NCBI GenBank assembly: GCA_965221335.1
Contig: CBDCSC010000004.1
Location: 400,152 to 464,151 of the forward strand
From: Gammaproteobacteria bacterium
GTDB lineage: Bacteria > Pseudomonadota > Gammaproteobacteria > Eutrophobiales > Eutrophobiaceae
DNA: 64,000 nt
Reading direction: 5' to 3'
Within the stretch, counting starts at the first letter, position 1, and every line of letters begins with the position of its first letter. The notes under the pieces are model-generated. The model made no database searches, had not been told where the DNA came from, and was given only the letters and a program-made list of their open reading frames with translations. A program made the position numbers and the translations under genes. Below are positions 19,975 through 29,071 of this stretch, piece after piece.

Positions 19975-20029
19975 GGGAAAAAGTCTACGACCGCTTGGGC
20001 TCCATGGCGGTAGCCTTCAACATGCTCTA

Positions 20030-21370
20030 TCACCCGGATGAGAGCGCAACCCGCTTCCTGGCCAGCCAGCGTCGTATAACGCCGTGCCGGTGTTTGTCGA
20101 TGGGGTAGTTATACAGCATGACGGCCCCAGCGAAACCTATGATGGCGGGAAGGAACAGCGCAACGAACGTAAGACCTTGCACGGCCTGTGCGTCATTCTC
20201 TGCCGCCGGTTGAAATCCCAGATAACCAAGCAGCGGCAGGGCGATGCCGACACCGCCCGCAAATGCGACTTTCACCATAAAATTATAAATTGCCATATAT
20301 ATTGCCGCGTCATCACTACCCCCTTTCATCATTCCATATTCAATCGTGTCCGCAACCAAAGCCGGCGGCATCACCCAGATCACCGAGATTACCGGTCCAT
20401 GTATGAGGGCAACCAATAGTAACTGTGAGAAGTCACCCGGGGTTACCAGCAGATACAGGGGTTGGACTGCCAGGTAGCCAAAACCTCCCCAGATCAGAGC
20501 GCGATGGCGGCCAAAGCGGTTACCGAACCTCACCCATAATGGCAGGCAAACAATACCGATCACATATTGTATGAGCACGAATTTTAAAAAAGCCGCTCGT
20601 GGCATCTGCAATATATGTTCAAACGTGAATATAAGCGATGCATTCATCACACTACCGCCCAGCCAGAGAAAAAAGACAGCAATAACCAGACGAAGATACG
20701 GCTTATTTCCCGACAAGAGTCTCAGAGCAGACATCAAACCGTGTTTCCCGGATTCAACAAAGGGGGTTTTCGGCGTGATTGTCGTTGCGATTGACATCGC
20801 AAAGGGAATTAACACCAACAGGAATGCAACGTATACCCATAATATATCCCGCAACGCCGGATTTTCCTCCCTCAGAAAAAGGACGGGAAGCAGTGTCGCC
20901 AGGATGATCCCTATCATAGTGCCCGTCTCGCGGTATCCGTTGATACGGGTTCGCGCCGTATAATCCCGCGACAATTCAGCGCCCCAGGATAAATAGGGTA
21001 TCTGCACGGTAGTCCAGGCGACATAAAATACCAGCGCTACGACGAACAGGTAAGCTTTGTCGACGGCAAAGGGCGGGCTAAGAAACAGGCACACGCTGAT
21101 CATCAGCAAGGGCGACCCAATGACGATCCAGGGCTTGCGACGTCCCCAGGGACCGCGGGTTTGATCGGAAAAATGGCCGATAAGAGGATCTGTTATCGCG
21201 TCCCAGGCGCGGGCAATGAAGAAAATACCGCCTACCGCGGCCAGTTCCAGCCCGAGCTCTGAAGCATAAAATGGTGGAACATAGATGATCAACGGCATAC
21301 CCAGCATTGCTAACGGAACAGCCGGCAGCGCATAAGCCAACAAGGAAATTTTATCGGTAGGCGCTCTCAT
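20030..21370 (-). CDS. MFS transporter, glycoside-pentoside-hexuronide (GPH):cation symporter-like
   Basis: 446 aa with about 12 predicted TM helices. The N-terminal D-x-x-G-R-R-K-P-like loop (SDQTRGPWGRRKPW) is characteristic of GPH/MelB-type symporters. Confidence 0.8.
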   Translation of the reverse strand: MRAPTDKISLLAYALPAVPLAMLGMPLIIYVPPFYASELGLELAAVGGIFFIARAWDAITDPLIGHFSDQTRGPWGRRKPWIVIGSPLLMISVCLFLSPPFAVDKAYLFVVALVFYVAWTTVQIPYLSWGAELSRDYTARTRINGYRETGTMIGIILATLLPVLFLREENPALRDILWVYVAFLLVLIPFAMSIATTITPKTPFVESGKHGLMSALRLLSGNKPYLRLVIAVFFLWLGGSVMNASLIFTFEHILQMPRAAFLKFVLIQYVIGIVCLPLWVRFGNRFGRHRALIWGGFGYLAVQPLYLLVTPGDFSQLLLVALIHGPVISVIWVMPPALVADTIEYGMMKGGSDDAAIYMAIYNFMVKVAFAGGVGIALPLLGYLGFQPAAENDAQAVQGLTFVALFLPAIIGFAGAVMLYNYPIDKHRHGVIRRWLARKRVALSSG

Positions 21371-21426
21371 CAGAACCGGTGGCCGGCATTGCGCAGCAGT
21401 GCATTAAAGTATTTCACGGAACCGGC

Positions 21427-23043
21427 TTATTTCGATATTGCAGAAAGCACGAGATCAGAACCCTTCTCACCGATCATGATCACTGTGGCATTGGTGTTGC
21501 CGGTCACCAGGGTCGGCATGATGGACGCATCGATAACCCATAACCCGTCAACGCCCTTGACCTTTAAATTCTGGTCGACCACAGCTTCCGAGTCATTTCC
21601 CATCTTGCAGGTCCCGACCGGGTGGTACATGGGAAAAGCGCTGTCTTTGACAAACTCCCTGAGCTGATTGCTTGCAAACACCTCTTCATCGGGATGCCGC
21701 CAACGCGCCAGTTGTTTGCTGAAAGACGGCTGTTCCGTGATATTCCTGGCTAACAGACAGGCCTCAACGAGTTGATCAATATCATCTTCAGAACTCAGCA
21801 TAGGATAATGAATCCGGGGCGGATCCAATGGGTCGCGTGAGCGCACACTGATGTCGCCCCTGCTCTGTGTCCGCATCAGGCCAACAGCGCCGCCTGCAAT
21901 CTTTTCCTTGCTGAGCGCGGCGCTGTTATTGCTGATCTGTATATGAAACGGCGCCATGGTAACCTGAATATTGGGCGTCCTGAATTTCTCCCGAGTGCGG
22001 ACGAATGCCTGGGCATGGGCAATCGGCGTGGTCAGTAACCCCTTACCGTTAGCCAGGAACCGGAACAACTGTGCCAGGTTATGCGCGGGACCTGCCCGGC
22101 TTCCCAGTGTCTCGCCGTTGACATCAAACGAATAACGAATTCCCGTGTGTTCCTGCAGGTTTTTGCCGACTCCCGGCGCATGCGCGATAGTGGGGATACC
22201 TGCCCTGTTGAGTATCAGCCCGTCCCCGATGCCGGAAAGTTGCAGAAGTTTTGGTGTGGCAATGGCGCCGGCGCTCATAATCACGGCGGCGCGTGCGTAT
22301 GCTGTATCGAACGCGGTATTGCCAACTGCGCCAGCGCGGGTAAATTCGATGCCTCCGGCCCTGTTGCCGTTAAACAGAATCCTGGTAACGAGGGTATTGA
22401 GGCGGATATGCAGGTTGCTCCGCTTGCGCACAGGCCAGAGATATGCCTGGGCGGCAGATTCGCGCCAACCCTTACGCTGGGCCACCTGGACGAAGTCCAC
22501 GCCCTCATGGTTTGCTCCGTTCAGGTCGTGACTCCTGGGTATGCCGGCTTCCTGGGCGGCCCTGATCCATGCATGGGTCAGCACACTGTCAACGTTTAAA
22601 TCTTCCACCGAGTGAGGTCCTTTCTCACCCCGCCATTCATCCCCGCCACGCCGGTTACATTCCAGGCGTTTGAAATACGGTAAAACCGACGCGTAATCCC
22701 AGCCTTCACAGCCCAGCTCAGCCCAGCGATCATAATCATCGGGATGTCCGCGCACGAACATCATACCGTTGATGGCGCTGCCTCCGCCCAGGCAACGCCC
22801 GCTCCACCAACTATCCACCTTCCCTGCCCGGGTCGGGTCCGGTTCGACCGCATACATCCAGTTAAGTCGGGAGTTGAAGACAGCGGCGCCGCTGGCCGCG
22901 GGAATCCTGCTGTATGGGCGCTTGTCACTCCCCCCTGCTTCCACCAGCAGAACAGCCAGTGACGGATCTTCGGACAAACGGCGTGCTGCCACACAACCGG
23001 CCGGACCGCCGCCGACCACGATTACATCATATTCACTGATCAC
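21427..23043 (-). CDS. GMC-family FAD oxidoreductase (choline dehydrogenase-like)
   Basis: YDVIVVGGGPAGCVAARRLSED FAD-binding N-terminus, plus GMC signatures and a C-terminal HP.GTCKMG active-site region. Start proposed at GTG 23043 (VISEYDV, GAGG 4 nt upstream). The ORF-track start at 23187 adds about 47 aa that do not look like GMC sequence. Confidence 0.8.
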   Translation of the reverse strand: MISEYDVIVVGGGPAGCVAARRLSEDPSLAVLLVEAGGSDKRPYSRIPAASGAAVFNSRLNWMYAVEPDPTRAGKVDSWWSGRCLGGGSAINGMMFVRGHPDDYDRWAELGCEGWDYASVLPYFKRLECNRRGGDEWRGEKGPHSVEDLNVDSVLTHAWIRAAQEAGIPRSHDLNGANHEGVDFVQVAQRKGWRESAAQAYLWPVRKRSNLHIRLNTLVTRILFNGNRAGGIEFTRAGAVGNTAFDTAYARAAVIMSAGAIATPKLLQLSGIGDGLILNRAGIPTIAHAPGVGKNLQEHTGIRYSFDVNGETLGSRAGPAHNLAQLFRFLANGKGLLTTPIAHAQAFVRTREKFRTPNIQVTMAPFHIQISNNSAALSKEKIAGGAVGLMRTQSRGDISVRSRDPLDPPRIHYPMLSSEDDIDQLVEACLLARNITEQPSFSKQLARWRHPDEEVFASNQLREFVKDSAFPMYHPVGTCKMGNDSEAVVDQNLKVKGVDGLWVIDASIMPTLVTGNTNATVIMIGEKGSDLVLSAISK

Positions 23044-23110
23044 GCCACCTCTTCGCCTGGTTGGAAAAAGAAAATCGCAGGATAGCGCCTGAACCGGCCA
23101 TTCATTTTGG

Positions 23111-23599
23111 TCATGGCGAATTGCTATTGCCCATATCCAGAATGACCTTCCATGAGCCGTCGCTTTGACGTTCCCACAATAATACATATTTGCCTTGCCG
23201 TGGTTCCGGCTGGATGTCAGCGCCCCCGTCCTTGTGAATAAAACTGGCCGTAAAATTGCCGCGGGTAAGCGCCCAGTCTCCTTCCCTGGTAACAGAGTCG
23301 ACGGTCACGTCCAATTGCTCAATGTCGAAACTACTGTGCACGACCTCTGCAAACTGGCGAATCGCCTGCTTGCCTTCCAGCGCAGGCAATGTGTTATGCA
23401 TACCGACCGCGCCATCGGCAAAAATTTCCATCCAGTGTTCAGTGTCGCCCGTTTTATACGGCTCGATATAACCGCTGATCACCAACTGCTCGAAATCCTG
23501 CGAGGTCATTTCATCCGCTGGCTGCCTCTCATAGTCGGCACAGCCGCTGACGGGAACCAGAAGTACCGTTAGCAGGAGCATAATGGCACAGTTATTCAT
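23111..23599 (-). CDS. lipoprotein with NTF2-like (DUF4440/SnoaL-like) domain
   Basis: 162 aa. Lipobox LVPVSGC after a hydrophobic signal, and a C-terminal YVLLWERQSDGSWKVILD typical of the DUF4440 fold. Confidence 0.6.
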   Translation of the reverse strand: MNNCAIMLLLTVLLVPVSGCADYERQPADEMTSQDFEQLVISGYIEPYKTGDTEHWMEIFADGAVGMHNTLPALEGKQAIRQFAEVVHSSFDIEQLDVTVDSVTREGDWALTRGNFTASFIHKDGGADIQPEPRQGKYVLLWERQSDGSWKVILDMGNSNSP

Positions 23600-25143
23600 A
23601 AGCGCGCTCCGGGGTCAGTTGCCATATTTTTCAGATATTCATTTCTTATACGTTGCTTCTTTATCTTGCCGGAATCCTCACGCGGCAGCCGGTCAACGAA
23701 TACACAGTCTCTCGGAAGCTTGAAGTTCGCCAGCCTGGTCTTCAGGTAAGCCAAGACATCGGCGCCGGTTAACAGTCCTTTTTTCTCAATGACTGCAACA
23801 AGCTTTTCACCGTACTCCGGATCCGGGATACCGAATACGACACAATCGATAACGCTGTCCATGGCGAGCAGCTCCGTCTCAATTTCCGCCGGATAGATAT
23901 TGACACCCCCTGATATCACCATATCAGATTGACGGGAGGAAACATATAGAAAACCTGCCTCGTCCTGGTAACCGATATCCCCGGTGACCAGAAAGCCGTT
24001 TTGATGCAAGTCCTTAACCTGCTCCTCTGCGTTAAGATAAGCAATACAGTGGATGCCCTCATGTCTGACACAGATCATTCCCTCCTCAAAGGGGCCACAC
24101 CTCTTTCCTTTCTCATTGCGAATTTCAATCTCTACCCCAGGCGCCGGACGCCCGACAGTTCCTGCGCATTCCAGCCATTCAGCAGAGCTGCAGCAGGTGA
24201 TTATGCCTGTTTCCGTCATGGCGTAGTATTCATAAATCACGTTCCCCCACCAATCGATCATGCTTCTTTTAACATCCACGGGACATGGCGCTGCGCCGTG
24301 GGTGACATGGATTAAAGAATCCAGCCGGTATTTGCTGCGGATATCATCCGGCAAATCCAGCAATCTGACAAACATGGTGGGCACCAAGTGCAGGTGGGTT
24401 ATTTCATAATGTTCAATCGATGACAGCAGGTCTTCGGCGCTGAAACGCGCCGTCAGGACAAGCAATCCACCGGACTGCAGGACCATATTACCGTACCCGT
24501 TCGGAGCGGAGTGGTACAGGGGTCCCGTCATCACAGAACGAATCGGGGTTCGATCGAAACCCCACGCAAACCTTGTTCTTGCGCTTACTTTAGCGCCGAT
24601 TTCAGGGGTTACGTTTTTGCGCAGGACAGCTTTTGGCCTGCCACTGCTGCCCGATGTATAAAACAAGGGAGGCCTGAATCTTTTTTCCGTGCCTGTAACC
24701 TCCTGGCTCTTTTCTATCCAGTCATCCCAATCCAGGAAACCCGGCTCCCTATGATCCCTGTCTCCCAAAATTCCGTAACTGTCCAGGATCCCGGCTGGCG
24801 TGGTTACCACAATCACTGGAACATGTCGTATTACTCCTGCCAACTCTCCGGTCAGAAGGTCGGAATGAACGATGACGACCTTTGCCTTGCAGTCGGCCAG
24901 GATGAAATCAACCTCGGCCGGCTTTAAATGCCAGTTCACCGGAACTGCATCAAACCCAAGATAGTGCGCTGCCTCATGGATAATAAAATAAGGGATATCA
25001 TTGCGCAGGATAACGGCCACGCTGTCATTCTCCAGAACTCCCAGGCGCCGCAAGCCGCCGGCAGCGCGCCTTGCTGCTGCATCAATGCCACTGAATGGGC
25101 AGGACTGCCTGTCAAATGCAAGGATGCTCTGTTCTGCTTCCAC
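23596..25143 (-). CDS. AMP-dependent synthetase/ligase (acyl/aryl-CoA ligase)
   Basis: 515 aa. AMP-binding signature FYTSGSSGRPKAV, later YGMTE-like and GDIGY motifs. Overlaps the stop of the lipoprotein gene by 4 nt. Confidence 0.8.
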   Translation of the reverse strand: MEAEQSILAFDRQSCPFSGIDAAARRAAGGLRRLGVLENDSVAVILRNDIPYFIIHEAAHYLGFDAVPVNWHLKPAEVDFILADCKAKVVIVHSDLLTGELAGVIRHVPVIVVTTPAGILDSYGILGDRDHREPGFLDWDDWIEKSQEVTGTEKRFRPPLFYTSGSSGRPKAVLRKNVTPEIGAKVSARTRFAWGFDRTPIRSVMTGPLYHSAPNGYGNMVLQSGGLLVLTARFSAEDLLSSIEHYEITHLHLVPTMFVRLLDLPDDIRSKYRLDSLIHVTHGAAPCPVDVKRSMIDWWGNVIYEYYAMTETGIITCCSSAEWLECAGTVGRPAPGVEIEIRNEKGKRCGPFEEGMICVRHEGIHCIAYLNAEEQVKDLHQNGFLVTGDIGYQDEAGFLYVSSRQSDMVISGGVNIYPAEIETELLAMDSVIDCVVFGIPDPEYGEKLVAVIEKKGLLTGADVLAYLKTRLANFKLPRDCVFVDRLPREDSGKIKKQRIRNEYLKNMATDPGARL

Positions 25144-25160
25144 TTCGGTGGGAATGCGCG

Positions 25161-26183
25161 TCAGGGGCGCGTTGGAAGAAGGCCCCGGGCCAGCCCGTCG
25201 CTGCCGCGCTTGACCAGTCCGGCAAAACCATCGACATCAATGTTCGAACCACAAACGATCGCGGCGACCCGCTTGCCTCTGAGCCGCTCTGCGAGCGGCC
25301 CGAAAACGGCAGCCGTCGTCGCCGCGCCGGCAGGCTCAACCGCCAGTTTCATATGTTCAAACAAAATAGCGGCGGCAGACGCAAGTTCATCGTCGGACAC
25401 CAGCACCAGGTCGTCCAGCACATGTTCACACATGGCGAAGCAATAATCGGTGGTAAACGGCGGCGCAAGACTGTCGGCGATGGTCGACAATTCCGTCAGA
25501 CTTTGCGCCGAACCCGCTTGCAGGCTTTTCTGCATCACTGCAGCGCCTTCGGGTTCGACTCCGTAGACCTTGCACTGCGCATTCAGCAGCTTGGTCACCA
25601 CACCAACACCCGAACACAACCCACCCCCTCCAATTGGCGCCACAACTGCATCGAGGTCCTCTATATCCCCGTGCAATTCCAGGCCACAGACGCCGGTCGC
25701 TTCCGTTACGCGTGAACCATCAAACGGATGAATAAACGTCCGGCCTTCTTTTTCCACTATTTCCTCGACCATGCTGAAACCGGCAGCCCCATCTTCCGCT
25801 ATACAAATGTCCGCGCCCAGCGCACGGGCGATTTCAATCCGCGCCGGGTTGGCGCTTGCCTGCATTACCACCTTGGCGCTGGTCCCTACGCAACGCGCCG
25901 CATAGGCCGCCGCAATCGCATGATTGCCGGCGCTCATCGCAGTAATGCCCCGCTCAAGTTGTTCAGGCGACAATGCCAGCGCGTTATTGATCGCGCCACG
26001 CGCCTTGAAGGTCCCGGTTCGCTGGAACAATTCCAACTTTAAAAATAAATCCGTATCCGTGCCGAGCCGGGAGGCGATCGTATCTCCCTGCCAGTGAAAG
26101 GTCGGTGTTCTCCGAGTATACGGTTTCAACCGGTCAGCAGCCAGCCGGAATTCCGACAGGGTAGGCGGATTATATTCGTTCAT
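25161..26183 (-). CDS. PLP-dependent threonine/serine dehydratase-family enzyme
   Basis: 340 aa. PLP-lysine motif LELFQRTGTFKARGA and glycine-rich loop GGGGLCSG. Confidence 0.75.
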   Translation of the reverse strand: MNEYNPPTLSEFRLAADRLKPYTRRTPTFHWQGDTIASRLGTDTDLFLKLELFQRTGTFKARGAINNALALSPEQLERGITAMSAGNHAIAAAYAARCVGTSAKVVMQASANPARIEIARALGADICIAEDGAAGFSMVEEIVEKEGRTFIHPFDGSRVTEATGVCGLELHGDIEDLDAVVAPIGGGGLCSGVGVVTKLLNAQCKVYGVEPEGAAVMQKSLQAGSAQSLTELSTIADSLAPPFTTDYCFAMCEHVLDDLVLVSDDELASAAAILFEHMKLAVEPAGAATTAAVFGPLAERLRGKRVAAIVCGSNIDVDGFAGLVKRGSDGLARGLLPTRP

Positions 26184-27255
26184 GTATTTCCGGGGAGGCG
26201 GTCAGGTTTGCAGTCTCCACCCGGACATGCCCTGTTCTTATCTGTTTGGGGGTAACGCCAAAATATTTTCTGAATGCCGTGGTGAAATTGCTTGAATACT
26301 CATAGCCCATCTTCATCGCGATCTGGGTAATTGTCATTTCGGTATTTGCCAGCAAGTCACAGGACTTTTCCATGCGGGCGCGGTGCAGGTAATTATGCAC
26401 CGTTGTTCCTACGGCCTGTCTGAACACCCGCATCAACTGCGTTTCATTCCAGGACACGGCCTTGGCCAGGTCATTGATGGTGTGGGCGCTTGACAGGTCA
26501 TTGTCGAGAATCTCGCAGACCTCGGCAACTCGCTTGATATCTTTTTGCCGGAGTGGCGTTTTCTCTGTGCCTGTGCCCGACCACATTTTTGATAATTGGT
26601 CCAGCGTGCAACAAAGTAATTCAAGTGTCTTCGCTTCAACCTGCAATTGTCGCAAGCGCCCCGTGTAGTGCGTTTCAAACAGTGATTTCACCGCAGATAT
26701 CATCTCCGGACGCATCCCAACCGCACAGTAGTACATCTCTTTCTGCGCGCCGTACAGAAACTGTTGCAGGGGTGTGGATAGCAACAATGCCGTGCCGGAA
26801 ATGATTTCTTCAAGAAACGGCGGGTCACATAACAAGGTCACCGACTGTTCATGCTGGAGCGCAGCAAAGCGCTCGATCTTTTTCACACCCGAAGGCTGGA
26901 TCAAAACACCAAAAGTCATCGGATCCACCGGCTCAAGCTCACCTCCTTCGGCGCCTATCTCACTGCTTCCACTATAGCGAAAATGGAATTTGACCACATC
27001 GCCGCTCTCGCTCAGGTCGCTGTGGGCGTAATCATGTTCAACATCCCCGATCAGAACAGCCAGGCCTTTCCTGACCATACATATGTCCTTGATGCCATGC
27101 GTCTCCGGTTCGGGCGTTGCCAGTCTTAATCCAAAATTTCGATCATAGGGTTGTTGATCAAGCGGCGCATATTGGGGAGGTATGTCCTTCAGTAATTCGG
27201 GGGTAACTTTTCCCCGCTGTAGTCGAACTACTGTATCCGGTTTCTTTTCTGGCAT
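26170..27255 (-). CDS. AraC-family transcriptional regulator
   Basis: C-terminal AraC HTH (MTITQIAMKMGYEYSSNFTTAFRKYFGVTPKQIR). Start placed at the internal ATG (MPEKKPDT) at 27255. Confidence 0.75.
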   Translation of the reverse strand: MPEKKPDTVVRLQRGKVTPELLKDIPPQYAPLDQQPYDRNFGLRLATPEPETHGIKDICMVRKGLAVLIGDVEHDYAHSDLSESGDVVKFHFRYSGSSEIGAEGGELEPVDPMTFGVLIQPSGVKKIERFAALQHEQSVTLLCDPPFLEEIISGTALLLSTPLQQFLYGAQKEMYYCAVGMRPEMISAVKSLFETHYTGRLRQLQVEAKTLELLCCTLDQLSKMWSGTGTEKTPLRQKDIKRVAEVCEILDNDLSSAHTINDLAKAVSWNETQLMRVFRQAVGTTVHNYLHRARMEKSCDLLANTEMTITQIAMKMGYEYSSNFTTAFRKYFGVTPKQIRTGHVRVETANLTASPEIHERI

Positions 27256-27370
27256 AGATATCTCTCTACAGTTCGGTTGTGCGCGGCCACAGTCAATATC
27301 CCAGACAATGTGTACTAACAACAGACTTTATTACATAATGATGTGTATTGACAGACCTGAATGTGCGGAA

Positions 27371-28870
27371 ATGAGCAAGTTAACCCAACTGAAACGAAGA
27401 GATGTTCTGCGCAGGCTTGGCGCCTTGGGCATAACAGGGGGTATAACGGGCGTTATGGGCCAACTGTATTCCGGTTCATTATTGGCGCGCGCGGGCAATA
27501 CTGAAAAAGGCTTGGGCCGGTTGGTATCGGGCGAAGTCATCAACCGCGCTGATGGCCAATATGAAGCCTGGCGCAACAGCATGGTCTGGCACCTGAGAAA
27601 ACCTGATCGCTACCCGGACATGATAGTCCGGGCACAGTCTGAACAGGATGTGATTGGCGCGGTGAAATACGCGACAGACAACGGCCTCAGAGTGTCAGCG
27701 AAGAGCAGCGGCCATAATTCCACCTGCGCCGCGGTACGCGCCGGCGGCATGCTGATTGACCTGGCACTGCTGCGTGACGTCAAAATCGATCCGGCCGCCA
27801 GAACCGCGCGCATACAACCGGCGCTTTGGTCGGAACAACTTATCCGGGAAACAAGCAAACATGGCCTTGCTTTTCCCGCCGCGCATTGCCCTACGGTAGC
27901 GCTTGGTGGATACCTGCTTGGCGGCGGCGCCGGCTGGAACCATGGCCAGTGGGGAAGTATGGCCTGTTATTCGGTCATAAGCGCCGATATCATCCTGGCC
28001 GGCGGTAGAAAGGTTACCGCCAGCGCCGATTCGTATCCGGACCTGTTCTGGGCCGTGCGCGGCGCCGGGCATGGCTTTTTCGGGATCGTCACGGGGTTGG
28101 AATTACAGCTTTATCCTCTGCCGCGGAGTATATACACCAGCATGTATGTAACGCCGATCGATAAGCTGCAGACCGTCCTCGATTCCCTGGATGAACTCAG
28201 CAATGCAAAAGATGATCGCGTTGAACTGCTTGTGCTGCTGATGCATGATCCGCAGGCTTCAGCGGATACGCGTCCGGACCAGGCCAAGATCTGCCTGGTG
28301 GGCGTGAATGCTTTTGCCGATTCCGAGGACGAAGCCACATCTATGCTGGCGCCGTTCGCAAACAGCAAACTTGCCGCCGCCAGCGCGTTTAAACTTGAGC
28401 GCCAACCGAGTTCGTTTGCAAAGCTGTATAACCCGGATGTCATCGACACCGGCGTCGGCCGCTACATGGTTGACAGTATCTGGACCGACGAGCCTGGACC
28501 GGCCTTGTCATCCCTGGTTGAGCACTTCAAGACAACGCCGTCAGCCCGCACCCACATCTTATGTTCCTATGGGGTTAATTCCGAACTGCGCAAGGACGCT
28601 TGCTTTTCACGCGTCGCCTCGCATTTCCTGGCCAACTACATGCTCTGGGATAACGCACAGGATGACGAGGCCAACCATGCCTGGCTGAAACAGACCAACG
28701 ACTTGCTCCAGCCGTACAGCAAGGGGACTTACATCAATGAAGTTGAAGCAACCCTGTTCCCGGAGAGGGTAAAAACCTGCTTTTCCGATGAGAGCTGGCG
28801 GCGCCTGGCCGAACTGCGAAGAAAACATGACCCCGATCAGGTCTTTCATACCTACATTGGATATTCATGA
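27371..28870 (+). CDS. Tat-secreted FAD-linked oxidase (PCMH/BBE-like FAD-binding domain)
   Basis: Twin-arginine signal MSKLTQLKRRDVLRRLGALGITGG. FAD-binding PCMH-type domain (VSAKSSGHN...GGGAGWNHG). Start placed at ATG 27371 so the Tat motif is N-terminal. Divergent from the AraC gene. Confidence 0.75.
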   Translation: MSKLTQLKRRDVLRRLGALGITGGITGVMGQLYSGSLLARAGNTEKGLGRLVSGEVINRADGQYEAWRNSMVWHLRKPDRYPDMIVRAQSEQDVIGAVKYATDNGLRVSAKSSGHNSTCAAVRAGGMLIDLALLRDVKIDPAARTARIQPALWSEQLIRETSKHGLAFPAAHCPTVALGGYLLGGGAGWNHGQWGSMACYSVISADIILAGGRKVTASADSYPDLFWAVRGAGHGFFGIVTGLELQLYPLPRSIYTSMYVTPIDKLQTVLDSLDELSNAKDDRVELLVLLMHDPQASADTRPDQAKICLVGVNAFADSEDEATSMLAPFANSKLAAASAFKLERQPSSFAKLYNPDVIDTGVGRYMVDSIWTDEPGPALSSLVEHFKTTPSARTHILCSYGVNSELRKDACFSRVASHFLANYMLWDNAQDDEANHAWLKQTNDLLQPYSKGTYINEVEATLFPERVKTCFSDESWRRLAELRRKHDPDQVFHTYIGYS

Positions 28871-28909
28871 CTGTTGTGATAATTTTACTAACTGACCTGA
28901 TCTCTGTCC

Positions 28910-29007
28910 CATTCCCGTGCAAACGGGAATCCAGTGAGACAAAGAGTCGTCCTTCGGACGACACAATGTTCGACTGGACTCCCGCTGTTGCGGGAGTGGT
29001 ACAGGGG
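28910..29007. repeat. inverted pair of family-2 hairpins flanking a third hairpin
   Basis: CATTCCCGTGCAAACGGGAATCCAGT (28910-28935) is the reverse complement of the 12344 copy. GTCGTCCTTCGGACGAC lies at 28947-28963. GGACTCCCGCTGTTGCGGGAGTGGTACAGGGG is at 28976-29007. Located between convergent genes. Confidence 0.5.
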
Positions 29008-29071
29008 AATAGCCTGACCTGTGCCAACAGTAATAGGCAATTGGGCTGCGCAACGCCCTTATCATGAGGCT

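Noticed and set aside
12344-29007. Possible CRISPR array suggested by recurring hairpin repeats
   Set aside because: There are only three family-2 copies in mixed orientation with irregular spacing. The family-1 copies differ in length and have no unique spacers. There are no cas genes anywhere in the window.
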